Position numbers and translations under genes: made by a program. 64,000 nt of DNA. Source: Ginglymostoma cirratum. Its lineage: Eukaryota. The stretch lies in the NCBI GenBank assembly GCA_024137785.1, contig JAHRHZ010000223.1, positions 15,409,652 through 15,473,651 on the forward strand, given 5' to 3'. Shown one piece after another: positions 25,634 to 37,460 of the stretch (the stretch's first letter is position 1; the number at the start of each line of letters is the position of its first letter). The notes below the pieces were generated by a model. The model saw nothing but the letters and a program-made list of their open reading frames with translations. It made no database searches and was not told the DNA's origin.

Positions 25634-26162
25634 AGGTTAAAAAGTCATAAAATGTTAACTTCGCAGCAGCTAAAAATACTTTTTCTAATATTAACTTGCC
25701 GAGGATATAACAACTTTTATGTGAGAAACTGTTACTGCAGACAGATGCTGCCTTGCCAAAACATAATTCCACTATCCATTGTATAAAGAGATCATTTTGA
25801 AAAGTGCAGATAAATATTACCGTAAGTTCTCATGCATTACCACACAGTGTGCCATGAATTTAGCTTATTCTTATTTCTTTTAGCTTATACTTAATATCAA
25901 AACAATCTAAATAAAGAAACTATTCTGTCATGACAATAGAAATCCCAGCTAAAAACAAGGAAGATTTAGAGTATAATTTTGTTTTAATTAACAAAACCGT
26001 GTGAAAAAAACCAAAATTGATGAATCTGCTGATGTTGTGGTAAACAGGTTTTTAAATTTCTCCGAATATCACATTAAACAGTAAACGCATACATTGAAGG
26101 CCGTTCTTGTCCAGATTTTTTTTTGTCTTTTGTGCAAGTTAAATGCATGGTTCCAATGCTGA
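25634..26162 (+). pseudogene. Speculative homeobox relic (ANTP class-like)
   Basis: RLKSHKMLTSQQLKIL...Y25...R31, then in the +1 frame A35..L40 AKT*; ~370 bp later a pyrimidine tract plus CAA GTT AAA (T)GCA TGG TTC CAA. Could be chance. Confidence 0.2.
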
Positions 26163-27419
26163 GTATTAATTGTGTTAAACACCCGAAAAGTTCACTGAGG
26201 TGGGGACAAGGAAAACAAGTTTGTTGGGCCTAATCACAGTTTTCCTTTCCCTAAAACAAAACTTTTTTTCTCTGTTTTGAAAAGTTTAAGGAAACCATCG
26301 GAAGGAATGCAATAAATAATAAACCAGACATAATCCTCCACGCCCGGAATGTTGAACTAGTCAGTCATTGCTGATCAACTTTTACAGACGTTCACCCGTT
26401 TTGAGTTAAAAGTGTAAGTTTTGTTGACATTCGGTTTGCTTTTGTTACTGAAATAAAAAGTGGGTTTAAATGTAAGTAACAGTGAAATGGGTAACTGTTG
26501 CAGGAACTTGTCATAATCTAGGTATATTTATACAATAAAATAAAAGTCACGGATAGAAGTTTTCAGATTTTCCGAAAGGGGCGAGACATTAATTGACCTT
26601 TCTGCATACGAAATATGTGTGCTTTTACAGCGCGTCAGCCAAAGGAATACACGATTTCATCATAATCTACCAAGGGTGTTGCAAGCTGCTTATGCTAGGG
26701 AAATATATGCATTGTCATTTAACCTGACTCCTTACTTCATACGCAATGTGCAATCCCATAAAGCATATATTAATTATTTAATTATTGCAGGGTATAGCTC
26801 ATGTGAAATGCACAGTATTACATCATTTTTTAAAAAAATCCTATCCCCCATCGCCACTTACGCTCCAAGTTGCAACTCTTGTTGTATTGCACTGTGTTGG
26901 GATTATCGTAGATGGATTGGAAGTAGCAACGTCGACAATCCAATTTCCTCCAGAACCTGAATTTATATGGCGCCTTTCAGGACCTTAAGATGTCCCTGAG
27001 GCGCTTTGCCACTATCATCGTAAGAAATTTATGTGAAATGTCTGAACAATATCAATCATTATGGGTGCAGCCACCTCAAAAAAAATTATTTGCCTCCATT
27101 CACCTTAGCTGATACTTTCTTTGGATCTGAAGGGTACTGTAAAAATGGAGAAAAATATCAGAATGGTCGGAAGTCTATGTACACAAAGGGCCTTTCTCCT
27201 TCTTGAAATAATGCTTTCATTATTTGATGGATATTTTACATTTGGTCCATTTTGCGTTAACTTGTTTCCAATTTCCATCTCTATATTTTACAAGAAGCCC
27301 CTGATATGTCAGTTTCTTGTGCCGTGTGCTTTATCTAGTTCGGTCTGTGTGGGGTGAGTAGACTGTTTTGACAATCGAGCAAGGATTGATGTCGAACCAA
27401 TTAACAATTAGTGTATCAT

Positions 27420-27620
27420 ACAAGGGTGGCCGAGAACGAATCGGTTAAACGCATTATTGCTTTGCTAATGCCTCAATCCCCAGAAGACAACGGGATAATC
27501 ATAAATTTACAAACTCCGTGTTGATTTTTTCAAAGGCTGCGAGGCGTCAAGTGACAGGACAATTTGTTCAATGGCATCACGACCTACAAACTCAGCAAAA
27601 TACCTCGGGCATTTGCTTTT
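27420..27620. promoter_or_regulatory. Enhancer-like block
   Basis: Non-repetitive, with TAATCATAAAT (Hox-type), TCAAGTG (Nkx2), TGACAG (Meis), TTCAAAG (TCF) and ACAAT (Sox). Confidence 0.3.
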
Positions 27621-29497
27621 TTTAAAACTTGAAGAGTCCTCACTTTTTGTGCACTTTAACCCTTTCGGGACTAGTTCAACTAATTCGAAAGTGCAATGTC
27701 ACAGGCGAAGGAGCTTTATGAATTTCTCCATAAATGCGGATATTCGGCCTTAGGAAGTTCAGATATAACGTTGGCACTGATGTTATAAGCAACTAATGGG
27801 ATCTCACCCTTAGAAGGTTGAGGTAATTTGAATGGACGCAGTGCAAACAATTCAAACCATGTTAAATCACGCTGTGTTTCCAATGGAGAGTCGATCCAAT
27901 TTCCTTCCGCAAAAATGTACAATCTTCATGTGGAATTTTACAACAAAATGCGCACTTACAACGTCAAACCTGTCGTGCGGTCGGACCCCGTGGCTATCAA
28001 ACACACAATGAACAGAAGAGGAAACTCATTTTAACTGATCATCAAAACAATTAACCTCAAATCTACTGTGATAGTTTTACTATACCTCATACCTTATTAA
28101 TAACTAAAACCTCATCGGTAGTGAAATACATAACTAGCACGAATTAATAATTTAATTTTTTTTAATCTCTTTGTAACCACCACCTTCTCAGGGACGGGCA
28201 ATAAATGCTGACCCAGCCAGAGACGCTCACCTCCCGCGACTAAATAAAATAAACCTACCAAATTTAACGCAATGAAATTATAAATGCAACTATCATTTCA
28301 ATGTATTAATGAGAGTAGGAAGGGGCCCTCTAGTTTTAGCTACCCTCCCCCCATGCCGGCAGCTATATATATGTAAAGTTTTGAATTATATGCCTTATAG
28401 TTTAACGACACAATAATCGAATATTTGAAATTCGATACATGAAACAACAAGCAAAGCATTATTCCCTGCATATTGAAATTAAATCGTTATTGAACACCTG
28501 CATGTAGCTGGTAGTAAAATTGAAATATCTTATTCATAATTTTAAAAATACCTCATCGTTCTTTCTGTCAAATATTGTGGAACAGATCAATCTGGGTAGG
28601 AACTGAATCTGGGTAGCTCCAAACATTTTCCCAGATTGAAGCGCTTTTAGCTGCAATGATTGCTCTGTTTATACTATGCTGGGCTCTTGATATTGAGACA
28701 ATAGCTCGAGTTTGCCTACTTAGGTTTGCCGATGGGAGGTTTACTTTCCCATTCACATCAGATGGAGTTTCTTTTGGGAGAAGTGTCAGGACAGCATCTA
28801 ATTGCTTGCCTCAGGTAGAACTGAACCCTACAAGTAACTGGGGTGGTGTACTATCACCAGAGGGATCCCTTTCAACAAAGCGTCGGAATAACGTGTAAGG
28901 CGATATCCTCGCTGTAAAATTGCTCGATAATTTGCACAACACTTCAGTTCGCTTGGCTTTTCGGACTTTGCAATGGCGAGGCTCCTAAAATTCGGCAGGA
29001 ATGGTCAAGAGTGCTGTAGACTACTTACCTTTCCAAAAAAAAAGTCCAATGGGTTAAAGTTTTGCTCAGAGAAACCTTCTTTCATTTCTTGTTTAGTTTT
29101 AGTCTTGCTGAGCAGAAATAATGGAGCTGTGTTTTACCCCATGTTTAAATAGACATAAGCTGCTTCTCTTAAGAAAGAAACACATTTATCTTACTTGTGC
29201 ATAATAAGTCAAGCAACACTTTCGACCGTTACTCTGCACCAGTTTTATCCGGTACATCTGTCTCTTGTTACGTTAACAAATGTGAGATATAGCTTGTGAA
29301 AATTACTGTGGTTTTACTGTTTTACCTTTCTCGTTCTAAGCGTCAATTCAGAGAGCAAGCTGTTTCTGAAGGACTACCAGCCGCCCCACACATTAACTAT
29401 AACCATGCCGGTCATTTTGACACTTTGGGGATGATTTTTTTTATGGTTAGATTTTGAGCAAAGCGCAATTTTAAACACGGACATGGACCACAGAAGA

Positions 29498-29710
29498 GGT
29501 TTCACTTTCCGAACGCCTTCTCTTTGCCTGCCACGCTTCACCAGTTTCTCTTCGGTGATTCTGTGAATGTATCACTAGTTACTTCCGGGACTTCACTGCA
29601 ATTCGCACAGTTTCGAATCTACTTCAACCGACGGGACTCTGTGGAGAGAGAGGACCTCCCATTGTGGGTGACAAATCTTGGAACGTGACGTGACGGGAAA
29701 GCTTCCCCCC
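29498..29710 (-). promoter_or_regulatory. IRF/ETS/CRE/kB-like motif cluster
   Basis: GGAAAGTGAAACC (minus, 29510-29498), ACTTCCGG 29581, ACGTGACGTGACG 29683-95, GGGAAAGCTTCCC 29695-707. Confidence 0.45.
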
Positions 29711-29964
29711 TCCCCCATTAAATCTATCTCCCCATTCTGGAGGTTCATTTCATTTTTGGATGAACAATCTTAGAACAGTGTATACTTTCCAGTCAATAGA
29801 TACAGCTGAGATCAGATACCAACAGTTCTGTCATTTGCCTAGGAGGCACATTTGAATGGATCTTGTAACAAAAATACATGACTACACTAATTTATACACA
29901 TACAAGCGTCCCATTTATTGAGAGTGTTGACTTTAGCTCTGCCAATAAATGCATTGACATTTAA

Positions 29965-30190
29965 TCAACTTGTTCAGTCATACCTCCAGAGTAAGTCGTT
30001 CATGAGCCCGACTCCGAGCTTCCTGACTCAGAGGTAGGGACACTACTACGTGCCACAAGAACCCCCCAGACCCCCCACTGATAGACATTTTCCAATCAAA
30101 CTGTTCAGAAATGTTACCACCTACATCTGAAGCAGGTGGGACTTGAACACGGGTCTCTGTGACAGGTAGGCATACTACCACTGCGTCACC
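29965..30190 (-). mobile_element. Tandem dimer of a short tRNA-derived SINE
   Basis: Two ~110-bp units on the minus strand (GTGACGCAGTGGTAGT...GTTCAAGTCCCACCTGCT and GTGGCACGTAGTAGTGTCCCTACCTCTGAG...), each ending CTGAACA.TTGA. Related fragment at 12570-12635. Confidence 0.7.
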
Positions 30191-30569
30191 GAAAATTCAC
30201 ACAGCAGAGACTTCAAGGCAAAACACCTATTTGTAACCAATTCACACACAGATACACGCTCTGGTGAATGGCAGCCATACTTCTGCGCCAAACATCAAAT
30301 TATCAATCCAGATCTTAAAACGTGATTGAAAAATACCGTCTCAAGTTACTGTACATGCCCGGTGCTACCGTTCATGGCAAGTAGCCTTTCATTTTTAACG
30401 GTTAACATTCTTTCAATTCACTTTTTCACAATTCATGCAAATTTGAAGTCTTCACGCTGATAGAATTTACATTTTAAAAATGTTTGGCTGGAAAATGAAG
30501 ATTAGCTATTTTTCTAATATTGAAATCCATTTCTGGCATTCTCTGAATCCTTTCCGACATAGAGTTCTC

Positions 30570-30760
30570 AAGGCTGAGCCCTTCAGGTTAATGGAAGCTG
30601 TTCTAGACTGATGTTTAATTTTTAATCAACAAGAGAATCAAGTATTTATGAATAAAAACTAGGAAAGTGGAGTTGAAGTTGATCAGATCAGCCATAATTT
30701 TATCGAATGGCGGTGTAAACTTGATGGCCGGAATGGTCTATTTCTTCTCCTATGAGTTAT
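30570..30760 (+). mobile_element. CR1 3' fragment
   Basis: GATCAGCCATAATTTTATCGAATGGCGG...GGCCGGAATGGTCTATTTCTTCTCCTATG. Confidence 0.7.
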
Positions 30761-31974
30761 GGTCACTTTATTGCTCCAGTGAAATGGATTCTTTCCGCAG
30801 GACATTCCCACAACTATGCCATGATTTTACGCAATGTGGACTGAATTGGATTTTGACGCCATTTCACTTCTGAGTGGGGCCTTTAAGAGCCCGGAAATTC
30901 ATTTCTGCGGTTGTACCAATATTTTACCCAAATCCGTTTCTCCAAGTTGGAAACAAACGGCGTTATAAAGCAGGTAAGAAGCGGCCCCGTGTTTATAAGG
31001 ACAATTCATCTCTGGCTGAGCTGGTTACACCAAGACAAAACTTCGTGTTATTCACCTATGATCCCTGGAGGTCTTCAAAAATCAGAAATGTCGCACAACG
31101 AGCTGTGATATTTATTTGCTTGTAAATGAGCAGGTTTTGAATCAGAAAGTGCCGAACGTGCATGGGATAGATGTGCAACGTTCTTCCAAATGTGGCGATT
31201 GGACCATTTGAAATGAGAAACGCAGTCCCTATTGTGCAATTGACTCAGTGACAATGAATAAGGCGGCGTAAGAGAGGACAGCATTTTGAACACGAGTTTA
31301 AACAACAACTGTGCAATCATGTAGCGAAACTGAACAGGTACAATGCACCGTCGACGCTTATTTTGGACGATAACTGTTTCTATTGTGCCTCGCAAATGGC
31401 TTTCATATTAAATCTAATTTGATACTGACATTGGCGTGAGAACCACGAATCAAAGCGAAACGGCAGAGATTAAAATGTAGGCTGCGGAGAATTCTGAGCT
31501 TGCTGGTACTGTCAGTGATAGTTTGCATAACCGTGCAGTGACCCACTGAAGACTTATTATTGCACCAACATAACCATGAAACGAAATCAGTTGTGATTTG
31601 TTTCTTAAATCGGGCCTGGCAGCGTCTGTAGAGAGAGAAACGGTGTTCGCGTTTCAGGTCAACGACTTCTTGTTAAATCACTTTCTGGTTTTATTGCAGA
31701 AGTCCAGCATCAGTGGATTTTGCTTCTCATTTCTAAACGTGTGGGTATGTCTTGTGAACTTTGTCTAACAAGGGTCCTGAACTGGTTCAGTTTTTTTTTT
31801 ATTTTCTGCATGTCTAAGCTATAGATCAAAAATATATTAACACAAAACTAAAATAGATTAAACTGGTACATTCAATTATATGCTGGGTTTACCATGGGTG
31901 AGACTACGTCATTACCTCACAGATTTTCATTCTAATTGCAGGTGAACGTTATATATATTGTATATATATATATA

Positions 31975-32390
31975 CGTTTATGGGTGTGAGTATTGCTAAC
32001 AAGGCCAGCAGTTGTTGTCCTTCCCCAATTTCCGATGAGATCATTGGTGCGTCACCCTCCTCGAACTGCTACAGTCAGTGTGTTGTGAATGCACCCACAG
32101 TGTTACTTTTCTGTAGCAGCTCTATGCATTTGAACGGCAACTTGAGAGGGCAGTCAAGCATGTTAACTATCGGCCTTGGAATTGCATGTAGACCAGACTG
32201 TGGAAGGCATGGCAGCTTTCTTTCCCTGAAGGAGCAGAGGGGTGTTTACAATAGTCAATAGTTTCATGGTCATCATTACTGATACTAGCTTTTTAAAAAA
32301 AATTTCAACTCTATTAACTCGATTCAAATTCCACAAGCTGGTGGAATTTATCCTCTTGTCTCTGGAACATAAGTCTGGGGCTTTGGATAA
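31975..32390 (-). mobile_element. Degenerate SINE/LINE-tail fragment after a short (TA)n tract
   Basis: ATGGGTGTGAGTATTGCT...GGCAGCTTTCTTTCCCTGAAGG...TTTCATGGTCATCATTACTGATACTAGC. Confidence 0.6.
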
Positions 32391-32599
32391 TCAGAAATCA
32401 GAACGGTTCATCATTGCTTTTAGTAGTAATTTAGCTTTTTCTTCATATTCTCAGAAGATTCTGGAATCAATCAGAAGTTAGAAGGAGAGATTTGTGTCTT
32501 TGCCACCTGGATGTTAAACATGATGAGGGCAGAATGCCAAATGGAATATCTCGTAGGGAGGATCACATATGTGACTGAACTTACCTGATTTTTCTTGTC

Positions 32600-32860
32600 T
32601 GCCTTGGCTAAGTCGGTGCATTCTTACCCCTGAGTAAAAGACTTTGATTCAAGCAACATTCCAAAGTCTGAAGCACATAATCCAGGTTGACACTTAAGTG
32701 TAGCACCACAGGAGTGCTGCAGTGGTAAAAGCTCTAGTCTCTTAGATGAGCCCATGGCTCATTTCCAAAAAGAGCTAGAAAGATCATGCACTATCTTCAT
32801 CAATATTTAACCCTGAATGTGCACCACTGAAATAAATGATCTACATAATTGTAAAATTGT
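32600..32860 (+). mobile_element. Deu-domain SINE (SacSINE1/AmnSINE1-like)
   Basis: tRNA-like head, then GCACATAATCCAGGTTGACACT...GGAGTGCTGCA...CCCATGGC...CAATATTTAACCCT. Confidence 0.6.
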
Positions 32861-33729
32861 CATTTAATGTAATTTTGATGAGGGATTCAGGAACAAAGCA
32901 GATGCAAGTACGAACGAATATTATACACCATTTTACAAACAGCTGTTTGGCGTATTTGGTCCATATCAGTGATTATGGTGTTCATGTTCCACTTCAGTAT
33001 CCTCCCAATCCTTTTTTTTATCTAACTTGAACAGCACAACTATTTATTTCTTATATCTATCTGCCATCCCCATAACTGTGTGGTGCTTACTTCAAGTCTT
33101 CCTTGGTTTGTGAGTTTAATATTCTAATAGCCCATTGATAAAAGAATTTTCACATGAATGCTCTGTTGAATTTGATAATGACTATCTTCCACTTTTGGAC
33201 TCATCATGGATGAAAACATGTCTATGTATACTTTATCAAATTCTTCCACAATCTTACCTTAATCAGATATGACTCTTTGGAGAATTCAGTTTGGGTCTTA
33301 AGAAGTTCGGCAATGCTTTTATGTAATAGAGCAAGCATGATTTTGGTGTAAGGTGATTGAGGAACCTATTTTTTAGAACATGGAACAATTATGAAACTTT
33401 GTATCATTATTACCCTAGAATTGTTTTGTAACAAAGCATGACAGTATCATAAATGTTAAAATATTCCCTGTTGTTGCAGTAGAAAATATTAAACTTATTT
33501 TAAAAGGTATTGGATATATAGGTTATGGCTTTTTCAAAACAAAGCAGCTTTTCTTTACAAATCTATCGCATGATGTTGAAGGAAGAAACTACATTTCATA
33601 TTTGGTTTTGAAAAAAAGAATCTTCCAGTCCCATGGTGCTATCTTCCATTTAAGAAAAAAAACTTTCTACCTGTCACTTTGGTTGTCTTCCAGTTAAGAA
33701 GCTGTCTTCTTCTCCAATGATGTAAAACT

Positions 33730-33980
33730 GTACAATAAGCTTAGCAGGCCTAATGAAAGCTGGCAGGAGCAATGGAAAAAATTGCATTAGCAATGCAAAT
33801 ATGAAATGGAATAAAAAAATCAATAATGGAAAAAGATGGAAGATTGTAAATCAAGCACAATGACAGCTGGCTGCGATTATGTTATGGGTTGTGTTATGCA
33901 CTACAGTATTAGAGTTTCCAATTATTATTAGGCTCTTGACCATCAATTTTATGACAGTGAATGATGTGATAATGTTACAG
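33730..33980. promoter_or_regulatory. Candidate conserved non-coding element
   Basis: Repeat-free, with octamer ATGCAAAT, TAATGA/CATTA, CACAATGACAGCTG (Sox/Meis/E-box) and TTTTATGACAG (Hox/Cdx-Meis). Confidence 0.4.
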
Positions 33981-36129
33981 TCTCATATCATACTCCCAGT
34001 CATCTTTTAACCTCCACTCCTCAATGCCAAGACAGGGTTATCAGTTTAACATATTTTCACTAAACAGCCAACCATAGATAACAGTAAATTTATATCCCAT
34101 AGGATTAGTTTATCAAACCTTATTTATTCTGTTATATTGTGTACTGTGAATTCATGGTTGATTCCAAAAAGATGATGTAAGTAACATGAAGATATAGTCA
34201 GCATTAGTTTAAAATTAAGCAAAAATGTCATTTTCAGGTATTGGTTTAACATTGATTCCCAGGAAAAATGTCTGTTATATGTGGGTTTAAAGTTGCTGGA
34301 GTAAATGGTTTTCTTTAATTCCAGTGTTTCAGTATACTAGTATAGCTGACCAGGACTTTCAACAAGACAGGAATTTGACACTGTCTGACCTATGTCCTGG
34401 CTCAGGGCAGAGGTATACTGTTAACTCCAGGGAGATTAAATTTGGTCAGAATCAACACAACCTGAATTAGATTGGGCTCACTCTACAAACATGTATTTGT
34501 TTTATTACTCGTCTCCAAACCTCAATGCATCAGCATCTTAGTGGGAAAGAGATAAGGGAAAGTTAAAACAGGGTGTCATGCTCAATTGAATGGAAGGGGA
34601 TTCAAGATTTACTTAGAAAGAGAATGATAACAAAGAAATGCAAATGAACTATGTTTTGCAAGCCCTTAAGAAATGCATTTGAATTGCACTGTGGATAAGG
34701 GGTTTATTGTCACCAAGACATTTTGAATGGCAAATTCATTGTGTTTTAATCTCTAACGATTTATCCCTACATTGCTACCTCTCACACTGGGGCATTGGGG
34801 CATAACCGGAGATTATTTTCTCAGAAAGAAAAAGCCAGAATTAAAGAAACTATCAAAAACACCAACAAACTGTATCACTGGATCACAGTACTAACCGTAC
34901 AGTGTAGATTTGAATGCAATTTCAAAAATGTTGTGTTACTTTTCTCTTTTGATTCCCAGATACTGGCAAACTGAACATACTACAATAGTTATATTGTAGA
35001 AAGGACTTCTGAGAAACGTGGTTTGTTGCAGAAATTGTACAATTGCCTTTTTAATGTTCTTCATCCTAAGTGAGCATTTGTATGGCTTCTAATTATACAG
35101 TGTACTAACATTTATGGACGTGTAAGCTGAAGTTTACTCACCCCACTTCCCACAATTATGTTTTGCCATTCTTCTCATTCATGCTAATTTATATGGAAAT
35201 GTAGTTCCATTGGATTTTTGTACCTAGTAAGTATTTTGAATGTGAGCTTTACCAGCCTAGTTTACTCTGGAGCCCATCATTTCTCAGGCTGACTTGTTCC
35301 CCACCATTATCCACCAGGGATCGATGGATGGTAATCATAACTAGGAATTTTCGCTTATCTTTCCCCTTTCTAGCTCTGGAATGCTGTGTCAAATTGTTAA
35401 ACTCAAGTTGCTGCCTGAGCTGAATCATTCAATGCAGGACAGACCAGGAACTGAATTTGGGAATTGATAGCTCATTTGCATTGTGAATTTATTCATGAAG
35501 TTGTCAGTGAGCTTAAATTGAGGATAATATGAATACACATGTTGCTGGCAAGCTTTACAATTCTTACATGTACAGCTAATGTTTGCAAGGCTAATTTCCA
35601 TCTCTTGTGGATCTCTAAAAGCAGGCAGTTACCATGGATCTTCTTTGAATTTTGGAAGGAAGACTACAACATTAGTTACACTCTTTCAGCAAATGAAAAC
35701 AGATGCTAACAAATATAATTTACTTATGAATTAATAAAACTGTAGTATTTCGGATTGTTCAGCTACAAAGAAAAACTGCAAATTGATATAAGTCTCATGG
35801 GGTCTATCAGCTTCATCTATGAATTACCTTCAGACATATGAGATTGCAGATTATTGAAACATAAAAATGAGTTAAATGAGTTAAAGTAAATATTGATTAC
35901 CATATTTTCTATGTTACATGGTGATGACACTTCAAGAAATATTCAATTGGCGTAAAGTTCTTTGAGATATCAGGTGGTCATGAAAAGTTCTATCTAAATG
36001 TAAGATGTTTTTCTGTAAAATAACAACATTGCTATTGTTAATTATTTCAGTTTTACAGATTGAGGGAGGACCAGGGTATGAGTTTAAAAGCAAGAATAGG
36101 ATACAATTTCATAGGGTGCGCACAAGCAG

Positions 36130-37140
36130 AGGGACTTGGGTGTATGAGTATATAATCATTGAAGGTGGCATGACAGGTAGAGGGAACTGGAAATAAAGCA
36201 AACAGTATTCCAGGCTTAGGAGATAACAAGCATGGGGCTGGATGAACACAGCAGGTCAAGTAGCATCATAGGAGCAGGAAAACTTGACGTTTTGGGCCTA
36301 GACCCTTCGTCAGAAATGGGGGAGGGGAAGAGGGTTCTGAAATAAATAGGGAGAGAGGGGGAGGTGGATAGAGGATGGATAGAGGAGAGGATAGGTGGAG
36401 AGGAGGCAGACAAGTCGAAGAGGCGGGGATGGAGCCAGTAAAGGTGAGTGTAGGTAGGGGGCTAGGGAGGAGATAGGTCAGTCCAGGGAGGACGGACAGG
36501 TCAAGGGGGCGGGATGATGTTAGTAGATAGGAGATGGGGGTGTGGCTTGAGGTGGGAGGAGGGGCTTCATATCTAAGAGTATATGGCACAAGAGCAGGGC
36601 CGATATGATGAACTTACATAGGACACTGGTTGGACCTCACTTGGAATATTGTGTACAGTTCTGGGTGTCACACTTAAGAGTAACATCAGTGGGTTGGAAA
36701 GAGGGCAGAAAGTTCCAATTATCAGGAAAAATTGGAGCGTTGGTACAATTTTCCTTGGAAATGAAAAGGCTGTGAGATTCGATTCAAGTTTCAACAGCAT
36801 GAGAGTTGAGACAGAGCAGTCAGGTGGCAACTGTTCCCACTCACAACCAGATTAGAAACCAAGAGCATAATTTTAATGTGCTTTACAAAAGCAGCACCTA
36901 TAAACTGAGGGTAAAAAAAAACTTTTTCACACAGTGAATAGTTAGGAAACAGAATGCACGGTCTAGAAGTGTGATGGAAGTTGAGGGATTCAAGAATGCA
37001 TTGTATGATTATGTAAAGAAACAATGTGCAGGATTATGTGGAAAGGGCAGGAGATTCACACCAAGTTAAAATACACAGACAGACAGTGCAGACACAATGG
37101 GTCAAATCATCTCCTTCTGCACGAGAACAATTCAGTGATT
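36130..37140 (+). mobile_element. CR1 3' fragment interrupted by a Penelope insertion
   Basis: GAGGGACTTGGGTGTA..., ACTGGTTGGACCTCACTTGGAATATTGTGTACAGTTCTGG, TTTTTCACACAG, 3' UTR ACACAATGGGTCAAAT. Confidence 0.75.
36218..36565 (-). mobile_element. Penelope-like element 3' end (pyrimidine-rich UTR plus terminal repeat)
   Basis: Same terminal sequence as 6060-6125, followed by a GA-rich tract. Hammerhead motif at 36281-36317 with GAAA mutated to AAAA. Confidence 0.8.
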
Positions 37141-37164
37141 TTGTAATTGCAAAATTATTTTGGG

Positions 37165-37460
37165 GAGTTGATAGCTTCGTGGTATTATCACTGGCCTATT
37201 AATCCAGAAACCCAGGTAATGTTCTGGATTGAAATCCTCCCACGACAGATGGTGGCATTTGAGTTCAATAAGTATCTGGAATTAAGAGTCTAATGATGAC
37301 CATGAGTCTATTGTTGCTTGTTGAAAAACCCATCTGGTTCACTTGAGGGAAGAAAACTGCCATCCTTACCTATAAGTCCAGACCAGCAGCAATATGGTTC
37401 ACTCTTATCTGTCCCTGGGCAATAAATGCTGGCCTCGCTAATGACACATTCATCAAATGA
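37165..37460 (+). mobile_element. tRNA-derived SINE, near full length
   Basis: GTGGTATTATCACTGG..TTAATCCAGA, AAAAACCCATCTGGTTCACT, GGGCAATAAATGCTGGCC. Confidence 0.85.

Larger units (their letters stand above)
25080..29151 (-). ncRNA. Candidate 3-exon transcript (lncRNA or 51-aa micropeptide)
   Basis: TATTTAAA 29151-44; exon 1 to AAG|GTAAGT (29029); 33-nt exon 27136-27104 after TTTTTCTCCATTTTTACAG; last exon from 25404; AATAAA 25105-25100. All joins are phase 0 from ATG 29085. Confidence 0.3.
16700..32100. other. Large CpG-retaining (probably non-methylated) domain
   Basis: CG dinucleotides on nearly every 60-bp line inside and rare in the flanks, although the sequence stays AT-rich. Few long LINE fragments. 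Judged by eye. Confidence 0.75.

Noticed and set aside
36216-36589. Pro/Ser/Leu-rich ORFs
   Set aside because: Translation of the pyrimidine-rich Penelope 3' UTR.
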